From the NCBI RefSeq assembly GCF_002105155.1, contig NW_019028979.1, positions 1,550,001 through 1,614,000 of the forward strand: a stretch of 64,000 bases of DNA, in the 5' to 3' direction. The notes beneath the pieces are model-generated. The model was not told where the DNA came from. It did not search any database and saw only the letters and a program-made list of their open reading frames with translations. Origin of the DNA: Lobosporangium transversale. Its lineage: Eukaryota. Shown here in pieces: positions 1-13,716 of this stretch. How positions within the stretch are numbered: position 1 is the first letter of the stretch; each line of letters starts with the position of its first letter. Both the position numbers and the translations under genes were made by a program.

Positions 1-1025
1 CGTCTGCTCTCCAAGAGTGATTATGACTTTCATCGGTATGAAATCTGGTCATCCTCAACGGTAGAGGAGATGATGGCAAAAAAAAAAAAAAAAAAAAAAA
101 AACATGGATAAACCATAACGGGAGCTAATTCCGCTTTTTGCAACCTTGACTGATCGTCTATAGTGCCTTCCTTGCAAGAGAGGTTGTAACCTTGTTGCCA
201 TCCATGGATATTGGCGATGCCATCTCCTCCATCGTCCCTATCGTTCGTGAGCTTTCAGCAGATTCTCAAGAATCAGTCAGGGAATCACTGGCGTCTCAAC
301 TCGACAAGATTGTTTTATATTTCTATCAGGTAAAAGTCGCGAGCTTCTTTATCTTTCTGAACTTGTTATTGTTTTTGTTTTTGTTTAAAAAAAGAAAAAA
401 AAAAAGCTAACAAACGAAAGGTTTCTTTAATCCATTTATCGGAACAGAATGCGATAATCACGGATGAGAAAGCATTAACAGATACTGAGAAAGAGACAAA
501 GGATGCCAACACCCCACATCAACCATCAAATTCCGCCGCACTGGCACATAATACCTTCACTCCTATTTTCATTAATCTTTTGCTGGACCAAAATGCTGCA
601 ATCGCACATCAAACTCGCGAGGCTGTCCGCTCAGTGGCTGAAAACTGTCGCGAGGATCTCTTGGAAAGCGAGGTTTTGGATGGAGTCATTGCAGGGTTAG
701 AAAAACTTTATAATAATTCATCTGCTTCAGAGCTCAAACAGGGATTGAACATGAACGGCGAAACCGATCAAGATGGGGAAGCAGAACTTGGAAAGATGCT
801 GGTTGTTGTGGTTAGTCCAATTAAAGCATGAATAGGATACTGCCAAGTGCTTCCTTACTCCCTTTAACTCGCTTAGTATTAACACTCTTTTATCCTTACT
901 TAATTACCGTGTTTAGCTATTGACTTCGTTGGCAAAAACTCTCGGCAAAGACAGGTGTACTCAGATTGTACTACCTAAACTAGAAAAGCTTATGAGCAAC
1001 TCTCAATTCTTTGTTCGCAAAGTAT

Positions 1026-1058
<33 letters not shown>

Positions 1059-4000
1059 AGATAGTGACTTTTAAGCAAAGTATAAGCTTTTTTTCACCTC
1101 TCCTAGAAATTGACATTCTATTTTGTTGATACAATTTAGGAAATTGTGATTGCTTTAGGGACACTATGCAAGGTTGTGGATCAACGTGTAGTGATTGACA
1201 AGCTACTACCACTGTATGATACTTTCGTGCATGATGACACATGGCATATTCGACGAGCTTGTTGCACGGTTCTTGCCTCCTTCGTATCATCATTACCCGT
1301 AGAGATGAAGACCAAGAAGGTGGAAGAGATTTACGATTTATATTCAGTAGATGTCAGCAGAAGTGTTCGTAACTCCATTATGGAAGTCCTAGGTGAGGTT
1401 ATTGCTGGATTTGAAGAGGGAAAAGTCCCAGATTCCCTCTTGAATCACTTCTTAAACATGGGACAGCAACCAATGAATGAGCATGAATTAGCCGTAATGT
1501 GCGCTTTTAGTTTCCCTGGTAAGTGAAGAATAAGTTTTTATTTTTCTTTTAATCGATGATCATTTGTGACAAAGCTGATACTTTTTTTATTTTTTATTTT
1601 ATTTTTATAGCTGTTATTTTGACTGCTGGTCGGTCAAAATGGGAAATGATGAAACCTGTATACATGAAATTGGCTGCGACATTCAGGTCTCCAATCCGGA
1701 GGTCTTTAGCTTGCTCGCTCCACGAAGTGGCTCGTATTCTTGGACCTGAAATAGCTGATCGCGACCTTGCAGTGGCTTTCTCTGATTGCTTAGTGGCAGA
1801 GGACGAGGTCAAAGAAGGTGTTATTGGGCATGTTGTAGAGTTTATTTCGTGTCTTTCACCACAATGTCGGTCATATGCGCTTCGCAATATCTATAATGCT
1901 TGGTCAGAACTGGAGAGATCCAGTAACTGGCGTCTGCGCGACTCTTTAGCCGGTCAGTTACCGGCACTATGCGAGATTGCAGAAGCAAAAGATTTATTAG
2001 AATACTTGATGCCCTTGAGTATACGAGCCTGCACTGATGGGGTGTCAACAATCCGTGAGTCAGGAGTCATGTCATTTCCTGCTCTTTGGGAGGTCAGTTC
2101 ACGCGTTGGGCCCGTTGTCCATAAGAAAGAGAAGGAAGATAACGATGTGGTCATGGAAGATAGCGAAGATCTTGGCCCGGTGTTGGGATCCTTTGGTGAG
2201 GGGGAGGACCTTGATATGGAAGATGTGACAAATCAATTGTACAACCCACCACATAGCTCTCAAGCCGGACAGATTGATAGTGCTACCAAAACAAATGGAT
2301 CTATTTCATCAACAAACACTTCTGGGCAGGAAAGGACGACGACCATCAAAGAGCAAGTGGTTCAACAAACAATTGAGTTTATCAATAATGGTGGTTTTCG
2401 ATCTCGTGTTGTTGCGGTCCAAATTATTCAGTCACTGCTCGACTATGGAATTGATATCGAGGATTTCGAGGAACATTTCTTGCTGCCATTAGTTGAGCAA
2501 CTTGCAACGGATAATGTAGTGAATGTGCGTATTTGGGTATCGAGAGTCATTACCTGGATTATCGAAAGCGGGTTGTGCAAGGAATCAGCAAATATTTCCG
2601 ATCGACTTCAGACGACTCTGCTGATCTTGCAGAAAGATCCAGACCGTGATGTTCGAATCTATGCCGGCGGTCCTGCTGAGCTCCCCAAGCCAAAGAAGAA
2701 GAAAAAATCATCAAAGAACAAAAAGAAAAAGAAAAAGGACCAGGATCAGCAGCAATCATCATCCTCCATTGGCGGCATCAAAAACGGTGCGGATCGGAGC
2801 CAGGTCTCGACTATCAATGAGGAAGATGAAAATAGTGAGGACATCAAATTCTTGAAAGGAGAAGGGGACAGTGACGATAATAATGATGAGGATGATGATG
2901 ACGATGATGACGATGAAGAAGAGGGTGAAAGTGATGAGGAGAGTAGTGATGACAGTATGGAATTTTTGAACTCTGCAAAGACAAAAGGTATCTCCAACAA
3001 ACCACGGAATCGCAATAGTCTTGGCATTGGCATGAAGGTCATGGTTGGCAACAAACTCACTGTGTCGGGCAAAGAGATCCGAAAACCCAAGACTAGCTGG
3101 GACTATGTTCATGGTGAGATTGATGAAGATGAAGATGAGACAGGAGACAGCTCGCAAAAATCATTCTCAGCGGCTTTGGGATCCAAGGAAGTACAAAAGC
3201 TTCGTTGGTCAGAGAATGGTGATGATGACAGTGAGGAAGGTGGATCCTTGTTTGATGCCCCAAGGCAGCCTTTGGAACATGATGACGATGATGATCCTGT
3301 CGATCCGAGTGCAGATATCTCTAAGGTTGTCCCATATAATGCTCGCAGAGCTGATAGTGCAAGCCCGCTGGATGTTGAAATGGAGGGTTCAGGCGAACGC
3401 GTTTCTGTTTTTGTGCAAACTGGCGATACTCTTGCTCTTGCTGGTCAAGAGCCAACGCTTGACCGGACACGGAGCGCCACTCAACCATCAACTGACTCGC
3501 TGCCCAAACCCTCCCCTGCACCTGCTGTTTCACAGTATCCTCCACTTTCACCAATGTCAGCACCCTCAGTGGAGGCTGTCTCCGCTAAAACACCCCCTTC
3601 AGGGCTCAGCTATGCAGATTCTGTGAAGCAGGACGAAGCTAACCCCAAGTCAAACTATGAGCCAAATCAAAAAGATGTGGGGGCTGTCACTGTCGAGGCA
3701 GCAACGACGCCTAGTGCATCCTCATCTGCATCCTCCAGCAACAGGAATGGACTGCTGCTTACAAATGCATCTCTCACAGCGAGGGGACGGTCTCCTGAAG
3801 AAGAAGTTTTGCGTGTGTTGAACGCAAAGCTAATGGCAACTGGCACAGGCAAAAAAGCTCATCACCCTGTATTGCCACCACCCATCACCGTCAACACGAG
3901 TAGAAAGGCTTCGTTTGGAGCTGCGGACCCAGGATCACCATCCTATGCTGCAATAGTAGCCTCAGGGGCATCATCTCCGCACCCAGGAATATTGCCAGCC

Positions 4001-4072
4001 ATGCCATTGCCGGCTATAACTGCTGGATCAAATATGAGGCCGAATATGAATGCAAAGTTTGGATCGTCTTAG
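1..4072 (+). CDS. HEAT/ARM-repeat protein, PP4 regulatory subunit 1 (PPP4R1)-like; 5' end lies outside the window. Exons ~<1-35, 164-329, 448-810, 917-1021, 1140-1518, 1611-4072
   Basis: GT-AG introns join the ORF fragments in frame. HEAT-like motifs include DDTWHIRRAC, DVSRSVR, CAFSFPAVILTAG, IRRSLACSLHEVARILG, NWRLRDSLA, DNVVNVR and DPDRDVR, followed by a long Lys-rich/acidic disordered tail. Confidence 0.8.
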
Positions 4073-4676
4073 ATTTTAAGTGCTTTTATATATTTCTTCA
4101 TGTCATATCATTTTTATTTTTGTATTTTGGCAAACTGCTTTCACATCCATTCATCACACTCATTATTTTTCTGTACCTTTAGTCCAAACATCGTTTAGCT
4201 TGTAGTTCTTTTTGTTCCCTAGTGTTGTCATGCTAAATAATACCTATTATCTAATAACAACTTGAGACGCGTTCATGTTACACCCAAGTAGCTAAATACC
4301 AACTCTTTCTGTTTCTTATCATTGAATAATTGGACGCCTATTTGGGACTATGGTGCTGACAATTGAAGGATGGTAGAGAAACTGGAGTGCAGGTCGTAAA
4401 TGGCAATGGGAATCGACCAAAGCCGTAGGCATTATCGCCCTTGCCTACAGATTGAGCCAAGGACCCTAACAACGCAATGCTTTTGACAACTATGGCAACA
4501 TAAATGGTTAGGAACCTCGACGAGTCAAATGTTGATTTAAATACACTGGCCAAGCATATATCAGACGATGTATTCATTCCATGTTATACTAGAAATCGTT
4601 GGAAAGCAAATTTTTCTTAAGCATCCATTTCTATTCATCATGTACACGTCCTTTCCTTCTTTCTACTATTAATATC

Positions 4677-6062
4677 ATGATATACTTACTACTGATACAT
4701 CTTGCTTGCGCTATCTTTCTTGTTAATTCTCATGGCAGCAACCCTTCTCCCTTTTCTCCGAAGTCTAATTTCTGTACTACTGCTCCATTCCCACGAGCAG
4801 TATGGGCGCCTGCCTATACTGTTCTAAACGATTATCTGTACATCCAAGGCGGACAGTCTGAAAATCTAGAATACCTTGAACAGTTCTATCGCCTTGATCT
4901 ATCCAAGGCCTGGAAGACAGAATGTCCAGCGTGGGAAAAACTACGGCCAGGACCCAAAAACTTTTACCATACTTGTACAGGAGTTCCACCCGAATCAGTG
5001 CTTCCACAAAACAGGACTCTGTACGTACCGCGCAACCTCTCATGGATGTTGTTGCGTCAAGCAGATATGAACTCTTCCTCTTCTTTCTCAAACCTTGATG
5101 AGGGCTCGATTTTAACTTTCAAGGCAACAGCAACAGACCCAGCAAACAGTCTTGTTAACCGGTATAAGCTTTCGACAGCACGTTGGACAAGCTCTAATGT
5201 CAAAGTATTGGTGCCTCGACGTTATGGGATTGAGGCGGTGATGGATCCACGTTCTGGGCTGGTTTATCTCCTTGGAGGCTATAACACTTGGCGCTTGGAC
5301 AGTATGACTGTGTATGACCCATATTCGGATACATTGGCCTCAGTACCGTTATCGACGCAACAAGGTAGTCAAGAAGCCCAGGTGTTGGGACTGACGTTTT
5401 TTTCTGCAGCATGGGTTACGAGTCTGCAACAAATTCTGTATTTTGGAGGAACAAATGACCTGTCTCCGAATAGATCAGCTGCCAATATCGCGCTATATTC
5501 GCCTACAGAGAATCGATGGACATCCGTGGTAACGTGGTTAAAAAAAAAGAAAAAGAAAAGAAACTAAAAATTAGTATATGAACAAATGGACCTAAGAAAA
5601 GAATTTGTTTATTAGACCACTCAAGGTGATGTACCGCAAGACATCTATGGAGCCTGTCATACAATAGGTATGCTTCTTCTTCTTTTTTTTTTTTTTCCTA
5701 CATCTTAATAATGAAGAGAGAATTATTTACAACTACCTTCCTTTCCCTTTTTTTTAGATGTCCTGCGAAACAGAGCCATATTATTTGGTGGGTCTGGCCA
5801 TGGGAACCCGCCTCATGATTCCAATCAAATTTTTTTCCTTGATCTCAATCCAACATCCAAGTCTATGTTTACTTGGCGTCAAGGCCAGCCGGCTTCACAG
5901 ACGCGCCGTAATATGGCATGCACAGCTTATAAGCAATTTTTCATTGCTTGGGGTGGTAAAGTTAATGGCACAGTAGGGGGATCTAAAGAACATTTATATC
6001 CTATCGTCTATGACCTCACAAAGGATATCTGGGTCGATTGGTTTGGTCAACCAAGTAAATAA
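4677..6062 (+). CDS. Secreted Kelch/galactose-oxidase-type beta-propeller protein without TM helix. Exons 4677-5528, 5616-5667, 5758-6062
   Basis: Hydrophobic N-terminus MIYLLLIHLACAIFLVNS. Kelch blades LYIQGG..FYRLDLSKAW, VYLLGG, ILYFGG, ILFGG and FIAWGG..IVYDLTKDIW. Two GT-AG introns restore the frame. Confidence 0.8.
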
Positions 6063-8977
6063 AAAAGAAAAAGAAAAAGAAAACAGTAACAATCCCAGGA
6101 AAGCTCCTTATTAGGAGTCGCTCTTCGATCAAAGTAACTTTGAATTAACTTTAAATTAAACGTAGACAGCAAAATAAAGTGTGAAATGTTACTTATTCTC
6201 AAAAGTTGGTAAACGAATGCTCGCGGATGTCAGATATACTATTTGTCATCTCTAAGATTGTAGCTCTAACAACATCTATCCTCTCTTTCTCACGATCATC
6301 GTCCAGCGTCTAGCCTGGGCCTAATTATCTTTGTGGTCATGATTGATCCAACTGCAAAAGGATTACTGAATATCTCATCAATACCTGAACTATCCTCGAA
6401 AAAAAAAAAAAAAAAAAAAAAAAAAAGACCCCCGAGAAGTCCACAGTGCCCCAAAAACTGGTATACTTTTCACCTTCACATTAGACTCACTTCTGCTTTC
6501 GTGATTAAGTGCCCCTTGTGGTCTATTTCCCCTAGGAGCTACTAAAATGGACTTCATATGGCCGGCCGAGTGCCAGAGCTCTCTTCCGAGGCGCAATGAC
6601 AGATTAAGTGACAAATCCTTGGAGCGGAATGAGTTGGCGCTATTATACAATGTTATGTTTTGTTTTAATTTTACGGATTATTCTTAAAAAGCAGTGCATT
6701 GATGTCGTACAACAAATATCCAAACGTTGGCTGCAGCGCAATTCCTGAATTTCCCAGCCCATTGCGTTCTTGGTCCCGATTGCTGTAGTTGGCTGGGACA
6801 TTAGGCTTAAATTGATGAGGATTCAGCCATAAAGTGCCCGCTACATCTTTCGACGTCCAGATGCATCGGTGCATTGCATTGAGAAACTAAAGTAAGAGTC
6901 GACTATGCTGCGGTGTGGAACATTCAGCTGCCAAATACGAGATTCGTAGGCTATCACAGGCTGACACTTTGTCACTAATCTCCAAACTGCAACTGAATCG
7001 GATCAATACCCGACACACCTTGTTATTTGGAACTTATAAAGTTGGAACATAGCTTTACAATAATGGAAGACTCACTTGGGATTGACCAGATAAGGGAGAA
7101 CAACCAAGGGTCAAAGGGACCTTGAAGGTTTAGATGAACCATCTTAATAAAACGCAAGAATAGGAGTAATAATTAAGAGCCTTTGAACATATAACATTTT
7201 TTCCCTACACTTAAATCCTAAATGTAATAAAGAGATTGTTATTTTGCTATTAGGGCAAAGAAAAGTCGACAAAGCCCATGTCTGTAGGCTCTGAGTGAGG
7301 CTGAATATGTGAGATGACAATGCTGAATGTAAAATCATTTCTGGTCAGTTCCTGATTAACAAGGAAATTTATCCCAACAAATGGGGGAAGAGGTGACAAC
7401 CACTCTAATGGTCGACAATCGAGACTTAACCTTGATCTGTCTCGAGAATAAACGGTATATAAAAAGGTCCAGTTAATTTTATGAGAACATTGGTAGGCTC
7501 TGACAAAAGCACAGGTGCGATCCTGTAATATATATTTGGAAGACCATAGTACTGGACAAACTATTTTCCTTAGTGAACTTTAGACTTAAGCTTGGAAGGA
7601 AAAGAAAGGTCCTTGTTTGCACACTGCGTGCGCACAACACAACCATTGTCCAACAATGGTGTGATTAGTCTCGCTCCGTGCGGGCTTGATGTGACGTCTC
7701 ATGTTGTATCAAAAAGCTTAATATGTCATCACTGCTATTTAGTCAAACTACCAAGAAACGAAGCTTATATTCTTATATTCCCTGTTTCCCCTTTGATCTT
7801 CGCAGAGACGCAAGGATGCGCGTGCGATTGAACATCTTAGTGGATGAGAGATAGAAAAGTGGAACAGAATGATCATATGATGATGTATGTAGATAGGTTG
7901 GACAGTGATGTTCCTTTTTGGGCTACCTGGGGCTCGTATTAGGAGAGATTTAATGACGCTAATCGGTTTAGGAACTAATGAAATCGATGAAACAGCGGGT
8001 TATGTGGATTGAACAAGATTTTACATGAGAGAGAGTAGCCATTGCTTTATTTTATTTTTTATTTTTACGGCGGCAAAAGCAATTGACCGGGCCAGCTTCT
8101 AGCTCACGGCAATGTGGTCGGTCGAATTTGCTTGTGCTTTGCCGGAACAACGGTCTTCCTGCTTTTGCTCAGTCCACAAGGAAAGTTCCATGCACTGGAA
8201 GATGTTCTCGTGATTAGCCTTTTCATTTTTTCATATTCGTCATCGGATCCTCGCCTGTCACGCAAACCTTAAATAAATGTATAAAAAAAGGCAAAGCTGC
8301 CTGGTTCCCTTTATGCTACTATATATATATTTGTAATAGATGCGTTTATTCATTTATACGATCCGATTCAATAGGTTTTAAAACTTAGAAACTTAAAAAC
8401 TTAGAGCAATGATTATGCCATTGTATTTCCCGGTATTGTTTGCCTTTTCTTTGGTGTCTGAATGCCACTAACCAATCACTGCGCCCCAATGCTCGCATCC
8501 TGGAAAAACAAAAAAACGAAGGATATAATATATACTTCAATTAAGAACAAGGGAAGCGCGATCCGCTCTAACCATCGCCAGATCTCTTATCTCGAGGCGT
8601 TGCTATCCGTCGTTTTTTTTTTTTTTTTCTTATAAATACAATCATTGTCTTGCCTCCTCCTTTTTCTTCTCCGTTCCTTCAACAACCCGGATCTTTATCT
8701 CATCGAGAGTATCTATCAGCACTTAGTATATACCACCAAAATCATACCAACCGTTTCACTCCACTTTTCCATTCTCCACTCCTCTAGTCTGTGCTGCATA
8801 TTGCTACGCAATTGAAATAGCTGATCAAGTACACTCCATCAACTTTAACCACTCTTGCTGTAACCACCATTGCATCCGAATATATACGCATACACACAGT
8901 TACCTCTTAAAAAGCATCGTTCACATTAACTTCTTATTCCGAATACCTTCCAAAGCATCTTCAACTTCCGATTTGTA

Positions 8978-11900
8978 ATGGCAAAGCGCAAAACTGTTCA
9001 AGTCGAGAAAGAGGTTCCCTTCCATACCTTTACTGTCGAACAAGTAGCCGAACATTTTTCCACTAACATTCACGAAGGTCTCTCTTCTCAAGAAGCTGCA
9101 GAACGCCTCAAGAAGTATGGCAGTAACGAGCTTCAAGGGAATGGGGGCGTTAAGTGGTACAAGGTGCTCTGGCGCCAGTTGGCAAATGTCCTTGTAGTGA
9201 TTCTGCTCATTGCCACAGTAAGTAGTGCAACCTTTTTTTTCCATTTCCCGCCAATCATAACCTAACGTTGTGGTCGTCATAGTGATAAAATTTGAGATCA
9301 GCTGTATCTGTATGACCGATAGTTTCAGCTAGCAGATATTACATGATTTTTGACTTGCATTATAGACAACTGGCTCAAACAAAAGCAAGGAAGACTAAAA
9401 GTACTTGGATGTTTTAAATATATTTAGATTCTGTCATTTGCCACTAAAGACTTTGCAGAGGGTGCCGTCATCCTTGTTATCATCATTATGAACGCGGCTA
9501 TTGGTTTCTGGCAAGAATACAATGCCGAGCAAACAATGGAGGCACTTCGGAATATGTCTTCGCCTACCGCAAAGGTCATTCGTGATGAGAATAGGACCAC
9601 GGTCCCAAACAATCAGGTTGTTCCTGGGGACATCATGATATTTGAGGATGGAGATGTCATCGGTGCCGACTGCCGACTTGTTGAAACTTTCAACCTCGAA
9701 ACTGATGAAGCACTTCTTACAGGAGAGTCTCTTCCCGTTCAGAAGAACCTCGATGTTATCGAGAAGGAAGATGAGCCTCTCGGTGACCGTCTCAACGTGG
9801 TGTTTTCCTCTACAACAGTGGTCAAGGGCCGTGCCAAGGGTATTGTCATCGGCACAGGCATGAAGACCCAGATCGGTCAGATTGCCACTAGTCTCATGAA
9901 TGTCGATAGTAGCGAAACCACACCTCTTCAGAAGCGTTTGAACAAGATGGCCTACTTCATCTTCCTAGCTGCCATTATTTTGGTAATTATCGTATTCGCC
10001 GTACACAAATTCAAGTACAGTAACGAGGTTGCAATTTATGCCATCTCTGTTGCCATTGCCATGATTCCCGAGGGTTTGGTTGCTGTCGTTACATTAACCA
10101 TGGCTTTTGGCGTCAGACGAATGGCTCAAGTCAAGGCCATTGTCCGTCGACTCTCTAGTTTGGAGAGTTTGGGAGCTGTTACCAACATCTGTTCAGACAA
10201 GGTAATTTCTTCTATATCCACAATCCAGCTTCTAATGAGATAGTCATTTAGGACAATTGTTCTAACCACTTTTATCGTCGATTGGTACGAATAGACCGGC
10301 ACACTTACTCAATCCAAGATGGTTGCTGTCCGTATGTGGCTTCCAGGTGATGGATACTACCGCATCACTGGTACTGGCTTTGATCCTGACGGTGAGATCT
10401 ACCAGCAAGGCGAAATGAATGGAGCTAGTGAAAGCAATGCTCAGGAACAACTCGTCGTGAACGACGAGGGAAGCAACCATTTCCTCCGTACTCTTCAAGC
10501 AGCCTCTCTCTGCAACATGGCTGAGCTTCGTAAAACCACACGCCCACAGTCTCACGGTGAATGGTCAGCCATTGGTGACCCCACAGAGATTGCACTCCAA
10601 GTTCTGGCATACAAAGCAGGCGTTCCCAAACCTGAATTGTTATCACAGGGATTCAAGCTCATCGCTGAATTTCCATTTGACTCTTCTGTAAAACGTATGT
10701 CTGTCCTTTATCAGGCTCCTGAGCAACAGGATGGTACTGGTGGTCACTTTATCTTCCTGAAGGGCGCCACTGAACGGGTCATTGGCTGCTGTACTCGCTA
10801 TCGCAATGGAGATAATGAGATCCTTCTGTCAGAGGAGAGCAACGAAAAGGGTAGTATGGACCGCAAGGCTTTCGAAACTATGATCACAGAGAAGCTTGAT
10901 ATCCTTGCTGACAAAGGCCTTCGCGTGTTGACGTTGGCATACCGTCGTTTCGAGGCTGCCCCTGGCACTGATTTGGTACACGACTTGGTTCGTGAGGAGG
11001 TTGAGCAGGATATGACTTTCTTGGGCCTTGTTGGTATCTATGATCCTCCTCGTGCAGAATCCCGCCCTGCCGTGCTTCAATGTTACGATGCTGGCATCCG
11101 CGTTCACATGTTGACTGGTGATCATCCTGCGACGGCTGCTGCGATTGCTAAGGAGGTTGCTATCATTCCTTCAGATGTTCCTACAAAGGGCAACCCACTT
11201 ATCATGACAGCTGGCCAGTTTGATTCTATGTCTGATGAGGAAGTCGATAAGCTTATCGAGCTTCCTCGAGTGGTCGCTCGTTGCTCACCCAATACCAAGG
11301 TAAAGATGATTGCTGCGCTTCACCGCCGTAACCTCTTTGCTGCTATGACTGGCGATGGTGTGAACGACTCTCCCTCGCTTAAAACTGCTGATGTTGGTAT
11401 TGCTATGGGCCAATCAGGCTCTGATGTCGCCAAGCAGGCGGCAGATATTGTATTGACGGACGACAACTTTGCCACCATTGTTCATGCTGTTGCTGAAGGC
11501 CGCCGTATTTTTGCCAACATTCAAAAATTTATTTCTCATCTCTTGGTAAGTAAGCTTTTTTACTGAATGGTATAGCTTTCTACTTTTCTTGATCTATCAT
11601 CTAACATGCATTCATATAATCGATAATTTACTTTCCGAATAGTCCACCAATGTTGCTGAAATTGTTGTCCTGATTGTTGGTCTGGCCATCAAGGATGATG
11701 ACGGCCAGGCCGTGTTCCCTATGAGTGCTGTCCAAATTCTGTTCTTGAACATGATCACATCATCCCCTCCAGCTATGGGTCTCGGTCTCGAGCCCGCCAG
11801 TGAATCAAACATGCACGAACCACCACGCTCGGCTAAACAAGGATTGTTCTCACGAGAGGTCATCATGGATACTTTTGTCTATGGCTTGGCAATGGGTGCA

Positions 11901-12413
11901 CTCTGCTTCTCTGTTTTCTGTGTAGTACTCTTTGGGTTCGAGGGAGGAGAGACTGGGTCCTCGTGCAACAGGGAGTACTCCGAAGCATGCGAAGGTGTCT
12001 TCCGCGCACGTGCTACTGCTTATGCATCACTAACACTCCTACTCCTGGCTCACGCCATCAACTGCAGAAGTTTCCGTGCAAGTAGCTGGTCTTTCAAGAA
12101 TCTTAAGACTTTACGTCACAACAAGATGCTTTGGATGTCATTGGTCATCGGCGCTCTGGTTGTCATTCCTTGTATTTACATTCCAGGTCTGAACCGCAGT
12201 GTCTTCAAGCATACCGGCATCAGTTATGAATGGGGGTTCGTTATCGCCGCTCTGGTCCTTTTCATTCTCTTTTCCGACCTTTACAAATTTATCAAGCGCA
12301 GGACGATGAAGCCTCTTACTGTACGTGCAGCTTCAGAACTGGAAATGGAGAGGATGCGAACTTTCATGTCGCAGCATACCCAGAATGACTCTGTCATGGA
12401 GACCAAGCCTTAA
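8978..12413 (+). CDS. ENA1: P-type ATPase, type IID (ENA, Na+/K+ efflux). Exons 8978-9217, 9428-10201, 10295-11545, 11643-12413
   Basis: Motifs TGES, MIPEGL, CSDK|TGTLT (split by intron 2), KGA, MLTGDH, MIAALHRR and TGDGVNDSPS; canonical splice sites. Confidence 0.9.
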
Positions 12414-13716
12414 GAATCAACAAAAAAAAAGGCATTGTTTAATCATATCATTATCTGCAGTGTATACTATATAGTAATTGAATAATAACAATATTATTAA
12501 TTTTTTTGTAATTCTTGATACACTGGATTTTAACCGAATATGCCTTTCCACAATGAGGATGAACAGATCAAATGGGGCTGTGCATAATAAAATTTGTTAA
12601 ATGTAGAAATGAAAGCTGCCCAAGTTTATAACATCCAAATTGGACTTTTCGTTTTCAACACTTTGGGAATAGACGATATGACCAATAGAATGTTCACGCA
12701 TGCATCATCCAATTAATTTTTCAATCCAGACGCAAGTTGACAGTGCTTTGATCGAACAGATCTGATGACCTGGACCCTGCACAGGTTTTTTTGTCGCTAC
12801 AGAGCGTGGTTCATTCTCAGCAACCTTTTTGCATGTATAGTAGAAAATAATCATGTTCCCATCGGCCCTGAGTGAAGATTCTTAAAATAAACTATACAAC
12901 GAGATAAAGGTAGAAGAATGTTCGTCGCCGGCAAGGGTATTGTTCTTTCAGAAGAGTCGAGTCGGATTTCAAATAGGATCTTTCTTTATAATTTTCGCAT
13001 GGCAGTGCCAAATTTGCAAGAAAATCTCCCTAAATGATCTTTGATACGGCTACTTTTGTAGACATCTACTTATTTTGGTACATGTACCATTAGGGCTCGA
13101 ACCTTAACAGCACCTACGCCAATCAAATGTGGATCTCTATCACGCTTGCTAATGGAACTTCAGGACATTTATTTATTTATTTATTTATTTGGGTGCTCAC
13201 TATTTAACTGTCTGTGTCTAACTGAGTTATTTTCTGTCCGTCTCTCCATCTAATTTCTTATTTCGTGGTCCGATTTTCTCTACACTCAAAAACCCTCCCG
13301 ACCAGTCACTTCTTTTACCAAAAGCTTTGATCCTGTCAACTAGACCACGTTCCTAGTTCTCTGGCATGCGATCCCTTATACTTATCCAATAGGGAATACT
13401 TTCGGCTCTTTCTTTCTTTCTCGCTGGACAAGCCTGCAACGCACCCAGTACAAATTTCTGTTGGATATTTGCAAGGTGATCACCTTGCATACCACTTTGT
13501 TCTTATTTTTATAAATCCTCATCCCTTAATCTTTGATACTTTTTTTTTTTTTTTTTTTTTTCTGACCTTAAACCCTTGATAAAAGCTTTTCGGCCAGTCT
13601 ATCATTTATTCATCCTCTTATCTTCTCACCCTCTTTTCCATCCTCTCTCACCCTCACCCTCTTTCCCTCCTCCTCTACTCCTCCCTCCTCCTCCACTCCC
13701 TCCATCCCCAGGCATT

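Noticed and set aside
2559..3852. Numerous antisense and alternate-frame ORFs overlapping real genes (here and throughout the window)
   Set aside because: Shadow ORFs arising from low-complexity or codon-biased coding sequence.
6100..7600. Short ORFs between the Kelch and ENA genes
   Set aside because: No splice-consistent gene model or recognisable motifs were found.
13576..13716. Poly-proline N-terminal extension of Pho84 in the ORF track
   Set aside because: Starts at a TTG and is just the C/T-rich 5' leader; the first ATG is at 13717.
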